A stretch of 64,000 nt of DNA from Nanobdellota archaeon (lineage in GTDB: Archaea; Nanobdellota; Nanobdellia; Pacearchaeales; GW2011-AR1). The stretch is from the NCBI GenBank assembly GCA_038045385.1, contig JBBSYE010000007.1, positions 44,761 through 108,760 of the forward strand, read 5' to 3'. The notes beneath the pieces are model-generated. The model was not told the DNA's origin, did no database searches, and was given only the letters and a program-made list of their open reading frames with translations. This document shows positions 28,570-38,735 of this stretch, piece by piece (within the stretch, counting starts at the first letter, position 1; each line of letters starts with the position of its first letter). The position numbers and the translations under genes were made by a program.

Positions 28570-29488
28570 TCAGCATCGCTCCTACCACCTCGCCTATGCC
28601 TCTATCAATATCATACTCGTGTTTCCAACCTTCCTGCCTTAGCTTTCCACTACTTAATAAACTTCTAAAAAGTTCTCCTGAAATCGCAGGTCTATAAACC
28701 ACTTCAACTTTTTTCCCGATAATATTCTCAATTTTTCCAACAAGCTCTTTAACACTTGTTTCTTTTTCCGTAGAAACATTGTATTCTCCGCTCAAATTCA
28801 AAGAATGTAATGCTGCATTAACCACATCTTTAACATAAACATAATCTCTAGTTTGATTTCCATCACCATTAACCCCTAATTTCTCGCCCTTCAAAGCCTT
28901 ATCTGCAAAAATAGCGATAACTCCCGCTTCCCCTTCTGGATTTTGCCTCGGACCATACACATTACTAAATCTCAAACAAACATAATCCATTCCGAAAAGA
29001 TTTTTATAAAGATTCAAATAGCTTTCAACAGTCAGCTTTGCAAGCCCATAAGGTGAAAGTGGCTCTTTCAAAGACAGTTCATTACAAGGCAATGAAGCCT
29101 TAGGAGAATACAAAGCCCCTCCAGTTGAAGCGAAAACAAATTTCCCAACCTTGTGCTTAGCCGCAGTATCAATCACATTCAAACTTCCAGAAATATTAAC
29201 CTTGGCGTCAAATCTAGGGTCGGCAAGAGCCCTTCTGATATTTATTTGAGCAGCTAAATGAAAAACCGCATCAAATCTTCCAACATTAAAAATTATATCA
29301 AGATTATCCATTATATCCATTTCAATAAACCTCGCCCTTAAGTTAATGTTTTCTCTTTTACCAGTAGAGAGATTATCTATAACAGTCACTTCATCGCCTC
29401 TCTCTATAAGTGCATCAACAATATGACTTCCAATAAATCCCGCTCCTCCAGTAACTAGATATCTCGCCATAAATTCAAGCATAATCAA
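28553..29488 (-). CDS. galE: NAD-dependent epimerase (UDP-glucose 4-epimerase-like)
   Basis: VTGGAGFIGSH, YGLAK, NVYGPRQ, TRDYVYV. Confidence 0.9.
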   Translation of the reverse strand: MIMLEFMARYLVTGGAGFIGSHIVDALIERGDEVTVIDNLSTGKRENINLRARFIEMDIMDNLDIIFNVGRFDAVFHLAAQINIRRALADPRFDAKVNISGSLNVIDTAAKHKVGKFVFASTGGALYSPKASLPCNELSLKEPLSPYGLAKLTVESYLNLYKNLFGMDYVCLRFSNVYGPRQNPEGEAGVIAIFADKALKGEKLGVNGDGNQTRDYVYVKDVVNAALHSLNLSGEYNVSTEKETSVKELVGKIENIIGKKVEVVYRPAISGELFRSLLSSGKLRQEGWKHEYDIDRGIGEVVGAMLNVTRL

Positions 29489-29709
29489 AGCTTTTTAACT
29501 TTATCGCCATTTGAATTAGCATATCCAAAATCAATATGTTCAATGCCCTTTGGACCAATTCTTGCACCGTTAAAAGACAACCCGTCCAAGGGTTCCTCAG
29601 GAAAAAATTTATTTATTCTTAAAATTAAATATCCAGGTTCTGCCCTCTCGTCCTCTGTAGTTGCCTCAAATCTAACTATTTTCCCAGGAAAATCAGAAAG
29701 TATTACCAT
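29485..29709 (-). CDS. Hypothetical protein
   Basis: Translationally coupled between the NTP transferase and galE. Confidence 0.55.
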   Translation of the reverse strand: MVILSDFPGKIVRFEATTEDERAEPGYLILRINKFFPEEPLDGLSFNGARIGPKGIEHIDFGYANSNGDKVKKL

Positions 29710-29710
29710 T

Positions 29711-30421
29711 TCACCAACTCCTATTCACCTGCTCATAAGCCGATGGTGTACCTATATCAAACCATCTCCCTTTAAAAACGAATCCATATACATCTTGAAT
29801 GCTCAATAAATGCTCAATAAAAAATCCAGGCCCGTCCAGACTTTTCCCTCGCGAGATATATTCTGACAATTTCGCCAAATCTTCTCTAGTTAAAGCATAT
29901 ATCCCTGTAGAGCCAAAAGAAGATTTAGGATTCACAGGCTTCTCCTCAAAAGAAACAATCTTCTCCCCTTCAAGACCAACCACTCCAAAATTCTTCAGCT
30001 CTTCACGAGGCATCTCAAAAACCCCAGTAGCTGTCTTTCCCTTCTTTTTAAAAAAATCAATAAACGGCTCAAGGGCAAAATCAAATAAATTATCTCCTAA
30101 AATAATTAAAGTATCATCATCAATCTTCTGATTTTTAATAGCGAACCAAATATCTCCAATCCCTCCTAAACGAGTTTCGTTGCTTGTAGTTCCATCATTT
30201 AAGACTGCAACACGCGAACCATATCTTTTAGCCCAATCTGAAAACTGACTATAAAAACTCGCGTTTGATACGATGGTTATTCTAAAAAAATTAGCAGGAA
30301 GAGAATCAATAATATAATCAATTATCTTCTTTCCTCGGACAGGAAGTAAAGCTTTAGGAGTTTTAAGCGTCAGAGGATGAAGCCTTGTAGCATATCCTGC
30401 ACAAGGAATGATTACTTCCAT
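29711..30421 (-). CDS. Sugar-phosphate nucleotidyltransferase
   Basis: AGYATRLHPLT..PKALL, FEEKP, WFDIGT. Confidence 0.92.
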   Translation of the reverse strand: MEVIIPCAGYATRLHPLTLKTPKALLPVRGKKIIDYIIDSLPANFFRITIVSNASFYSQFSDWAKRYGSRVAVLNDGTTSNETRLGGIGDIWFAIKNQKIDDDTLIILGDNLFDFALEPFIDFFKKKGKTATGVFEMPREELKNFGVVGLEGEKIVSFEEKPVNPKSSFGSTGIYALTREDLAKLSEYISRGKSLDGPGFFIEHLLSIQDVYGFVFKGRWFDIGTPSAYEQVNRSW

Positions 30422-30454
30422 AAAATAAACCTTAAAAACTTTATATAAACATTA

Positions 30455-31714
30455 CTATACTAAAATTTTGCTAAACTCTCCAGCAAAATTCTCAAGCATT
30501 TTTTCTTTTATCTTTTCAGGAGTTTTCCAAGAGCGATGCCCAAGAACCCAGCCAAGTTTTACAAAGGCAGTTTCAGGCAACATATCTTCAAGAAAAACAA
30601 CTCCTGCTTCTAATAAATCGCGACCAGTAGAATAAACATGTCCATCCACACGCCCATAAAAAGTTTGTGTAGTCATGCAAACAAAAAACCCTGCCTTCGT
30701 AAGTTTCTTAATTACCGGAATCCAAGAGTTTTTACCTATCGTTGGAACATGTCCCATTCCAGTTCCCGCAATTACAATTCCCTTAATCCCTTTAAGAGAA
30801 TAATATTCAAGAATATCTGGCTTCTGTCCCGGATAATAATGAAATAAAACAATCTTATCGCTAAAAATTGCGTCCAATTCATTTTTATTTTTGCTTCTCG
30901 CATTAAATGAAGATAAAAATTCAATTCTATCTGTAAAAATTTTAGCAATAGCTGAAGTGTTAATCGACTTGAAAGCATCTCTCCTAGAAGAATGCATTTT
31001 CCTAGTCTTAGCTCCAGAAAGAGCATAGCAAAAATCATCATTCATTCCTGCATGCCCCACAATAACAACTTCAGCACAATCACTCAACGCAAACTTAGCA
31101 GAACATCTCAAATTCAAATCAGCATCGCTACTCGCTCTATCAATACTTCTTTGGCTATAAGTCAAAACAACCGGCTTATTCAGCTTACCAAGAAAGAAAC
31201 TCAAAGCAGCCGAAGTGTAATGTAAAGTATCCGTTCCATGACTAACAATCACACCTTCAATTTCATTATCATCCAACATTTTCTTCACGCATTCAGCAAG
31301 AGAAATCCATTCATCAGAAGTCATATTTTCAGAAAGCATTGAAAACGGAATTTCTATCTTAACATTCGCAATCTTAAATAACTCTGGATAAACTTTTCTA
31401 AAATCTTCCTCAGTTTTCAAAGGCGCAACTCCCCCAGTTCTTGCGTCAAGCTTACTAGCAATAGTTCCTCCAGTAACTATCAATCCTATAGTCGGCAATC
31501 CTTTTTTATTCCTAATCTCTTCGATTCTATTTACTTTGCCCTCAAATTTTCTAATTAAAATACTATCCAGAATATGCTCACGAGGAACTCCAATATTATA
31601 CCCTGAGTCAAGTTTAACAAGCACAATTCCTGCATCATGGCTCTCCAAAATCGTACACTCTAACTCTCTATCACTTAGTCGAAGTTTAACAAAATCTCCC
31701 GGATTAAAATTCAT
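30455..31714 (-). CDS. gatD: Glu-tRNA(Gln) amidotransferase subunit D
   Basis: KLDSGYNIG, TGGTIAS, HGTDT, RKMHSSRRDAF. Confidence 0.95.
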   Translation of the reverse strand: MNFNPGDFVKLRLSDRELECTILESHDAGIVLVKLDSGYNIGVPREHILDSILIRKFEGKVNRIEEIRNKKGLPTIGLIVTGGTIASKLDARTGGVAPLKTEEDFRKVYPELFKIANVKIEIPFSMLSENMTSDEWISLAECVKKMLDDNEIEGVIVSHGTDTLHYTSAALSFFLGKLNKPVVLTYSQRSIDRASSDADLNLRCSAKFALSDCAEVVIVGHAGMNDDFCYALSGAKTRKMHSSRRDAFKSINTSAIAKIFTDRIEFLSSFNARSKNKNELDAIFSDKIVLFHYYPGQKPDILEYYSLKGIKGIVIAGTGMGHVPTIGKNSWIPVIKKLTKAGFFVCMTTQTFYGRVDGHVYSTGRDLLEAGVVFLEDMLPETAFVKLGWVLGHRSWKTPEKIKEKMLENFAGEFSKILV

Positions 31715-31761
31715 AACTAACGCAATAAAACAAGCTATAAAAGATTATCTAATGAACAAAA

Positions 31762-32235
31762 CTAAGAAATGCATCTAACTTGACAGCTCGGCTGTCCTCC
31801 ACCAAATCCAGGACAATTAGATGTCGATCCTCGCTCAACATTAACATACCATGTTGACGTACCAGGGTTACCAAAAACTTCACATCTAAATCCTGTGCTA
31901 CAATGAAGATCGTTAATCTGTGTTATCGCACAAAAAGTCTTGACTCCAGGAATAGTACAACTAGCACTTGTTCCTCCTGAAGGAACGGCACAATTAAGTT
32001 CGCCCACCGAAGTAACTGTCGCGGAAGGAATCACACAATCCCAAGCGCTTCCAGTCCAACTTAAAAATTCTCCAGTTGCACAAGGACTAGGCGGAGCAAC
32101 ATTATCAAGTGTATGTCCGGGATTTGGAGCCGTTCCTGGTGTCAAAGAATAAACAAATATTGCTCCGCTAATTAGCAACAAAGCCCCAACAATCAAAAAG
32201 GCATATCTCTTTTCAATTGACACCTCAATCTTCAT
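31762..32235 (-). CDS. Membrane-anchored protein, MKIEV..NPGH family, Cys-rich C-terminus
   Basis: N-terminus paralogous to 23432..23911. Confidence 0.75.
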   Translation of the reverse strand: MKIEVSIEKRYAFLIVGALLLISGAIFVYSLTPGTAPNPGHTLDNVAPPSPCATGEFLSWTGSAWDCVIPSATVTSVGELNCAVPSGGTSASCTIPGVKTFCAITQINDLHCSTGFRCEVFGNPGTSTWYVNVERGSTSNCPGFGGGQPSCQVRCIS

Positions 32236-32300
32236 ATAATAAAGAATAAATCCATATATTTAAATTATCTTATCTGCTTTAAAATACATGAAAAGGGCGA

Positions 32301-32651
32301 CTGAAAAAGCTTTTAATTTTAATACTAATTATTGTCGTTCTCGCAATCTTATTTATAACATACCAAATTTTAAAGATTAAAGAAGATGTTAAACTTTCTC
32401 CATCAATATCTTAAATTAATTTCGAAGAAACATTCGGCAAGCTAATAGATGAAAATGAATTAAGGTCCCAAATTGAAAAAGATATAGTAAGCGGAGAATT
32501 TTCCTCCGAACGCCAAACGAGAGAACAATATTGCGCAAGTGTTGCAAGAGCCGTGTATAGAAGTTATTGTGAAACTTATTGCCGTGAAAGATATGGTTGG
32601 TTTGACGGATTCTGTAGAGGCCATGCGGAGAACAATGCAGACCAGGAGTAG
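32301..32651 (+). pseudogene. Disrupted gene for a membrane-anchored Cys-containing protein
   Basis: CTG-KKLLILILIIVVLAILFITYQ..KLSPSIS* (TAA 32412-32414), then same frame INFEETFGK..YCETYCRERYGWFDGFC..QE*. Confidence 0.55.
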
Positions 32652-32705
32652 CGAGATTATGTTTAGATATAGTAGCCTTCCTAGTTGATTAAAAATTATT
32701 AAACC

Positions 32706-34154
32706 TTAATATTCTCTCGCAACATAAACAACTTCTTTCGCTTTATCGCCACAAACAACACATTTCCCGGAAACCTTCTGTTTTTCATCAAACCTAGTCC
32801 CTCTAACTTTAGCACCAACTTCTTTCTCAATTTTCTCCGCACACTTCTCCCCAGATTTATCAACAGAACAAAAACCACATTTAGCAATAGAACCACTCTC
32901 AATAACTTCCTTCAATTTATTCATATCTGAAGCTTGTTTAATTCGATCATCAAAAACTTTATCTGCTTGCTTTATCAAGTTAGCATCAAAAGTTTTTACA
33001 ACTTTAGCAATATATTTCCCAAGTTCTGAAATCAAGACGATCTCCTTAACATTCGAATCTCTTCTAAAAACAATAACTTTTCCTTCTTTAAGCTCACGCT
33101 CGCCTAAATCAATTCTCAAAGGAACTCCCTTAAGCTCCCATGTGTTAAATTTTTCTCCAACACTATTTTCAGAATCATCAATATGAACTCTATAGTCTCC
33201 AAGTTCCTTTGCTAACTCGTGAGCTTTCTTCATTAGCTTTTCCTCTTGTTTTATCGGAACGATTACAATCTGATAAGGAGCAATACTCCAAGGCATTCTC
33301 AACCCTTTGTCATCTCCATGTACGATAATAACGCTCGCAAATATTCTCGAGATAGCCGGCCCATAACAAGTTGAATAAGGTACCTTATCTTTACCATCTT
33401 TATCCTTAAAACTCACTCCAAAGCCCTTCAAAAAACTCTGGGAAATTAAATGTGTAGACGGCTGCTGAACAACTTTCCCGTCAGGATTCAAAACATCCGC
33501 CGCAAAAGTTTTATCCGCTCCAGGAAATTTATCCCAAGCAGGCCTTTGAAAAAATATGAAAGGTAATCCAAAACTATCATGCAAAACTTCCTCTGTTGTC
33601 TGCATATCTTCCTCAACTTGCTTCTCCGCATCACTTAAATTTGCATGTAAACAATGAGTCTCAATCCAATGAAATTCCCTGCTTCTTAAAAATGGTCTTG
33701 TTGCTTTAGTCTCGTGTCTAAAAACATTTGCTCTCTGATAAGTTTTGAAAGGTAAATCCTTATAAGATCTCAGCCAAAGTGCAAACATCTGGTAAAAAGC
33801 AGTCTCGCTCGTCGGCCTTAACGCCAGCCGCTCCTCAAACTCCTTATTGCCTCCATGAGTAACCCAAAATACCTCTGGCGTAAATCCCTTGATATGCTCA
33901 CTCTCTCTAGTTAAATTTCCTTCAGGTATTACCGTCGGAAACCAATAAGGCATATGTCCCTTCTTTCGCAAGTTAGCCTCAAAAATTGAATACATATTTT
34001 CCATAGCCATAACACTCCAAGGCTGAAATACTAAAAATCCCTTAACATTATATCGCAAATCCGCCAACCCCGCTTTCTGAATAACTTCACTATACCACTC
34101 CGAAAAATTACTTTTAGAAACTGAAAGTCCTTTTGTACCTTTATCAGCCATCAA
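32706..34154 (-). CDS. proS: Prolyl-tRNA synthetase (archaeal/eukaryal type)
   Basis: LALRPTSET, FRHETKATRPFLRSREF, WELKGVPLRI, C-terminal Zn site. Confidence 0.96.
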   Translation of the reverse strand: MMADKGTKGLSVSKSNFSEWYSEVIQKAGLADLRYNVKGFLVFQPWSVMAMENMYSIFEANLRKKGHMPYWFPTVIPEGNLTRESEHIKGFTPEVFWVTHGGNKEFEERLALRPTSETAFYQMFALWLRSYKDLPFKTYQRANVFRHETKATRPFLRSREFHWIETHCLHANLSDAEKQVEEDMQTTEEVLHDSFGLPFIFFQRPAWDKFPGADKTFAADVLNPDGKVVQQPSTHLISQSFLKGFGVSFKDKDGKDKVPYSTCYGPAISRIFASVIIVHGDDKGLRMPWSIAPYQIVIVPIKQEEKLMKKAHELAKELGDYRVHIDDSENSVGEKFNTWELKGVPLRIDLGERELKEGKVIVFRRDSNVKEIVLISELGKYIAKVVKTFDANLIKQADKVFDDRIKQASDMNKLKEVIESGSIAKCGFCSVDKSGEKCAEKIEKEVGAKVRGTRFDEKQKVSGKCVVCGDKAKEVVYVAREY

Positions 34155-34185
34155 TTACTAAAGAAAAAAGCATATTAAAAAGTAT

Positions 34186-34785
34186 CTAATGAGCAAATCG
34201 TAAGTCCTTAAGTGCCTGAGGAGTTTGTAAATCGCGAGTATCAAATTCCTCTCTATTAGGCAGTATTCTATTTCTATCCCAATCCATAAAGAGTCTTTCT
34301 CTAGCAATATCTTTTGGAACAACTTTTCTTTCGACTCCAGAAGGCACAAACTGATTTATTCTACTAATATCTTTTTGAGAATAATCTCCCCAAGGCTTAA
34401 TAGACCAAGCAGTATATCCCTTAGGATTAACCCGCATATTTTCAAGAAGTTGATACTTTCCTTCAATTGGAGAATTATCTTTATCTATCACCATAACGGG
34501 ATACCATAAAGTTAACGCGACATCGTTATCTTCAGCTTTTATCTCATCAAGCTCATTAAATAACGGATTGATAAGAAGATATGACAAAACATTTCCTATA
34601 GGTCCCGCCGCAGTATATTGGCTAAGCGGTCTACTATCCATACTTGAAAGATAAAATGAAGTTGCTTTTTCTGCAACAAATTGAGGATTAGCAGAAGCAA
34701 TTCCGCTTGAAAGAGAAACTAAAGAAGCTAAAACAAGAGACTTAGAATCACCAATCAACCTATCTAAAGAATAATCAAAGGCCAT
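34186..34785 (-). CDS. Hypothetical, probably secreted protein
   Basis: Signal-like LVLASLVSLSSGIASA; start trimmed to MAFDYS. Confidence 0.55.
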   Translation of the reverse strand: MAFDYSLDRLIGDSKSLVLASLVSLSSGIASANPQFVAEKATSFYLSSMDSRPLSQYTAAGPIGNVLSYLLINPLFNELDEIKAEDNDVALTLWYPVMVIDKDNSPIEGKYQLLENMRVNPKGYTAWSIKPWGDYSQKDISRINQFVPSGVERKVVPKDIARERLFMDWDRNRILPNREEFDTRDLQTPQALKDLRFAH

Positions 34786-34787
34786 AA

Positions 34788-35138
34788 TTAAGAGCAGATT
34801 ACCCTTACCCCATGGTCTCTTGCACAGGTAGTTCCACCACCACATTCAAAAATAATCGCATATTCTCCACCAATACAATTGTAACCACAATTACCTTTGC
34901 AAATTGGACTATTCGGATTACAAGCACCTTGAGGCATATTTCTTCTGCAAGCGCTAGTTCTTGGAGGACCATAAGGGTTAACATACTGTGAAAGCAAATT
35001 CTCAACAATAGGATTTGATTCTGTAACTACAATCTGTTTCTCAGAAAAATCAGAAGAGGAAGAAAATACATAAAAAAGACTAAAAGAAGCGATCACTGCC
35101 AAAAACACAAAAGCGAAAACCAAAGCTTTCTTTCGCAT
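34788..35138 (-). CDS. Small membrane-anchored Cys-rich protein
   Basis: MRKKALVFAFVFLAV..; about 8 Cys in C-terminus; start trimmed to avoid tRNA overlap. Confidence 0.6.
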   Translation of the reverse strand: MRKKALVFAFVFLAVIASFSLFYVFSSSSDFSEKQIVVTESNPIVENLLSQYVNPYGPPRTSACRRNMPQGACNPNSPICKGNCGYNCIGGEYAIIFECGGGTTCARDHGVRVICS

Positions 35139-35177
35139 ACATAAACAATATGTAACTACTATATAAATGTATTGATA

Positions 35178-35292
35178 TGGCCCTACGAGGAATCGAACCT
35201 CGCTCACCCGGTCCCTTCAGTCTTTCTTTCCAATTTCTTTCCCAAAGAAAGCCTTCCGAAGCCGAGTATTCTATCCGATAAACTATAGGGCC
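35178..35292 (-). tRNA. tRNA-Arg(TCG) with 43-nt canonical intron (35213-35255)
   Basis: Acceptor GGCCCTA/TAGGGCC-A, anticodon stem CTCGG/CCGGG around CT-TCG-G, BHB helix CTTC/GAAG, T arm GGTTCGATTCC. Confidence 0.95.
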
Positions 35293-35353
35293 AATATAAA
35301 AATAGATGAGCGAGGCTTTTTAAGTATATTGAAATATATACTTTAGAGGCTAT

Positions 35354-36469
35354 ATGAGTAAGACATTAACTGCAACAGCAATTTTGATAACAACAATGAT
35401 TGGGGCAGGTTTTCTAGGAATGCCTTATGTAATATCTCAATCTGGTTTCGCAATAGGAATTCTCGAGCTAGTCGCAATCGGTACAATCTTAATGGTTACA
35501 ATGCTTTATTTGGGCGAAATAGTTTTAAGAACAAAAGAACATCACCAACTAACTGGCTATGCCGAAAAGTATCTAGGACAAAGAGGCAAAAAAGCAATGG
35601 CCTTTTCTCTTGTCGTGGGAATTTACTCAGCTTTAATTGCCTATCTAATTGCTCAAGGAGAATCTTGGTCATTCATTATCACAAACACAACTTACTATGC
35701 ACTCCCTTTGGGCATAGCAATCTGGGCTTTAATGTCCGCCATCTCATATTTCGATATAAGAACTCTCAAGAGAAGCGAGACTCTAGTTCTTGCGTTAATC
35801 TGCATTCTTTTAATTTTACTCGCAATTACAAGCATTCCAAATCTCTCGCTTAACAATCTCCAAACAATTTCAATAAAAAATGCATTTTCCCCACTTGGAA
35901 TTATTTTATTCTCCTTTCTTGGATATAGCGCAGTTCCTGAAATAGCAAGAATTCTGAAAAAAGATAAATCAAAAATGAAACGTTCAATAATCTACGCACA
36001 TTCTTTTGTTCTCTTTGTTTATGCACTATTCACATTCCTAGTTCTTGGTGTTTATAGCACAAACACCCCAGAAGTTGCAACTCTCGCTTTAGGAAAACCA
36101 TTCGTTCTTTTAGGCATAATCACAATCTTCGGGGCTTATATCTCACTCTCAATAGCATTAATGGATATGTTCAGAAGCGACTACCAGTTTAAGAAAAATG
36201 AAGCTTGGGCATTTACAACAATAATCCCATTAGCACTATTCATAATTTTATCTCTAACAAACAATCTAAGCTTCACAAAAATATTAAGCTTTGGCGGAAT
36301 AATTGCAGGTGGTCTCGCCCTATTTTTAATTCTTGCAATGGTCAAACAAGCCAAGCTTCACGGCAATCGCCATCCTGAATATAAAATACCTTATTCAAAA
36401 GCATTTATTGTAATTTCAATTATAATCTTGGCAATCGGACTTTTCACTGAAATAAAAAATCTAATCTGA
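35354..36469 (+). CDS. Amino acid permease (aromatic/HAAAP-like)
   Basis: IGAGFLGMPY, about 11 TM helices. Confidence 0.85.
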   Translation: MSKTLTATAILITTMIGAGFLGMPYVISQSGFAIGILELVAIGTILMVTMLYLGEIVLRTKEHHQLTGYAEKYLGQRGKKAMAFSLVVGIYSALIAYLIAQGESWSFIITNTTYYALPLGIAIWALMSAISYFDIRTLKRSETLVLALICILLILLAITSIPNLSLNNLQTISIKNAFSPLGIILFSFLGYSAVPEIARILKKDKSKMKRSIIYAHSFVLFVYALFTFLVLGVYSTNTPEVATLALGKPFVLLGIITIFGAYISLSIALMDMFRSDYQFKKNEAWAFTTIIPLALFIILSLTNNLSFTKILSFGGIIAGGLALFLILAMVKQAKLHGNRHPEYKIPYSKAFIVISIIILAIGLFTEIKNLI

Positions 36470-37198
36470 ACGATTCATCCTCTTCGAGCTTCTAGCAGAA
36501 AAATCCTCAACTAATCTTATTTGATCTGATTTAGTCAAGCCTTTATCTGCCCTTTGTTTAGTTGCTTCAAATAGAAATAATGCACTCGCAACGCTCACAT
36601 TCAAACTCTCTACCATTCCCCTCATCGGAATCATAAGTTTCAAATCTGCAAAAGTCAAAGCCTCCTCAGATAATCCACTATGTTCATTTCCAACAAGCAA
36701 AGCAATCTTTCCCTCTAGTTTAGCATCAAACAAAGACTCGCCTCCAAGAGCGGTTGCAACAATTTTATATTTCATCTTCTTTAGCTCGCTCAAACACTCT
36801 TCAGCAGAGTGAAAAATATGAAAAGTCAACCATTTATTCGCAGAGCTAGAACTCTGCTTTCCAATCTTCTGAGGATTGTAAGGCTTCTCTTTATCAAAGA
36901 TTAAATACACCTCTTGAACGCCGAAAGCATCACAACTTCTAAAGATAGCTTCGGCATTGTGCGGATCATGTATATCCTCAAGAACAACAACAAATCCAGA
37001 TTGCCTATGAGCAACAACATTCTTTATTTTTCTCAATCTTTTTTCCGTTACCATCTCACAAAAAGAACAATTGAGCTTATGAACTTTCCCATAATCCTTA
37101 GTTTGCACTTTCCAAACTGAAGCATCAGCACTTAACTCCATAAATAGCATAGATATTAAATAACTCTCCCGCAATAAAAGCCATGTTACAATTAACAA
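36461..37198 (-). CDS. trmH: SpoU/TrmH RNA methyltransferase (likely start MVTEKR near 37054)
   Basis: LEDIHDPHNAEAIFRSCDAFG, GNEHSGLS, IPMRGMVESLNVSVA. Confidence 0.88.
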   Translation of the reverse strand: MLIVTWLLLRESYLISMLFMELSADASVWKVQTKDYGKVHKLNCSFCEMVTEKRLRKIKNVVAHRQSGFVVVLEDIHDPHNAEAIFRSCDAFGVQEVYLIFDKEKPYNPQKIGKQSSSSANKWLTFHIFHSAEECLSELKKMKYKIVATALGGESLFDAKLEGKIALLVGNEHSGLSEEALTFADLKLMIPMRGMVESLNVSVASALFLFEATKQRADKGLTKSDQIRLVEDFSARSSKRMNRSD

Positions 37199-38151
37199 AA
37201 AGAGGGATATTTTCTCCTGAAGGCAAATTCACAATCGACGGTAGAAATCCAAAAGGGATAAATATAGTTACGCATGGGCATACAGACCATCTAAAATCAG
37301 GGAGCAAATTATATCTAGCGACTCCAGAAACTTGCTCAATAATAAAATCCAGATTCAAAAAAGCACAAGTTCAAGAGCTAAGATATGGAAAACAGATTAC
37401 AATTGAAAATACGAAAGTCTCCTTACACCCTGCAGGTCACGTCTTAGGTTCTGCTCAAGTTCGCATAGAATCAGGCAATAATATCTCCGTAGTTACTGGC
37501 GATTATAAGAGACAGCCAGATCCAACATGTAAACCCTTCGAGCTAGTAAAATGCCACACTCTAATAACTGAAGCTACATTCGGTCACCCAGTTTATGAAT
37601 GGCCTGAAGAAAATCTAGTTTTAAATTCAGCAGCCTTCTGGATAAAGAAAAATCAAAAAGAAAATATAACCTCAATTATCCACTGTTATTCACTAGGCAA
37701 AGCTCAACGTATCCTCACAGAGCTAGAAGCAAGAGGAATAAAAAAAATATACGTTCAAGAATCAATAGAAACTTTCAATCACACATATAGAAAACATGGT
37801 CACAAACTAGCAAATGCACATTCATTGAATAAAGCAAAAGTAGGCTCAGTAATTATGTTATCTTCCAAGTCAGAACTAGAACTTGAAGGTGAGAAAGAAG
37901 AAGCATATTTTTCTGGCTGGGCTCTTCCAACTAGCGAAAAAAAATGGTTTTCAAGCAAACGTGGCTTCGTCATTTCAGACCACGCAGATTTCCCGACGCT
38001 AATAAAGACAGCCCTAGAATCCGAAGCAAAACAAGTTCTAACAATGCATGGATATACAAGAGAATTATCTCACGAACTAAGAAAACTAGGCCTAGAATCA
38101 AGTCCATTTGAACAACCAAAAATGCAACATCTAATCGAGCAATTTTTATAA
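37183..38151 (+). CDS. MBL-fold exonuclease (ligase-associated DNA damage response type)
   Basis: THGHTDH, PAGHVLGSAQV, TGDYKRQPDPTC, ISDHADF. Confidence 0.85.
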   Translation: MLQLTKRGIFSPEGKFTIDGRNPKGINIVTHGHTDHLKSGSKLYLATPETCSIIKSRFKKAQVQELRYGKQITIENTKVSLHPAGHVLGSAQVRIESGNNISVVTGDYKRQPDPTCKPFELVKCHTLITEATFGHPVYEWPEENLVLNSAAFWIKKNQKENITSIIHCYSLGKAQRILTELEARGIKKIYVQESIETFNHTYRKHGHKLANAHSLNKAKVGSVIMLSSKSELELEGEKEEAYFSGWALPTSEKKWFSSKRGFVISDHADFPTLIKTALESEAKQVLTMHGYTRELSHELRKLGLESSPFEQPKMQHLIEQFL

Positions 38152-38175
38152 AACAAGGGCCTTTCTTGAATATAA

Positions 38176-38733
38176 TCACTTTATGTCTAACAATTTTTCT
38201 ACAAGAGATCTCCTTTTATTTTCTCTTCCCCTTGCAAGAGATTCTTCTCGCTTATCTTCTCTCTCGTCCCTCCTCATTCTTTCATTTTTAAATTTAATAA
38301 CTTCAGCTTCGCTTTTCCCTTCCAAACGCATAAAAAAGTATTCAACATCATCGTGAATAGCAGCAAAACTAAATTTCCCTTTTTTCAAAACTAAAGAATA
38401 CTCTAGATCATCATGCACACTTTCGACATAACCATAATAACTATGTAGGCTAAATTTCCTTTCTCTTCTTTTTCTAACCTCTACTTTAATATTGGGCCTT
38501 AGTTTAGTGGAATAACATTTAGTAAATTCATACATATCTTTTACTTCAGATCGTCCTCCTTTATATTTCGGACCCGACCACTCGGGCTCATCAGGAAATT
38601 TTCTATCTCCAACCTCTTCTAGTTTCCATTTTTTAACAGATACTGCCTTAAGCTTCTCTAAGACCTTTGCAGTTTCTGCGTTATCTAAATTAACGACTTC
38701 CGTTGTTTCCATAAAAATCCTCCAAAAAACCAA
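38176..38733 (-). CDS. Hypothetical protein
   Basis: ORF; GGAGG RBS before METTEV. Confidence 0.6.
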   Translation of the reverse strand: MVFWRIFMETTEVVNLDNAETAKVLEKLKAVSVKKWKLEEVGDRKFPDEPEWSGPKYKGGRSEVKDMYEFTKCYSTKLRPNIKVEVRKRRERKFSLHSYYGYVESVHDDLEYSLVLKKGKFSFAAIHDDVEYFFMRLEGKSEAEVIKFKNERMRRDEREDKREESLARGRENKRRSLVEKLLDIK

Positions 38734-38735
38734 TA

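Noticed and set aside
7999-35292. tRNA introns as a novelty
   Set aside because: Both are at canonical position 37/38 with BHB-like motifs, ordinary for archaea
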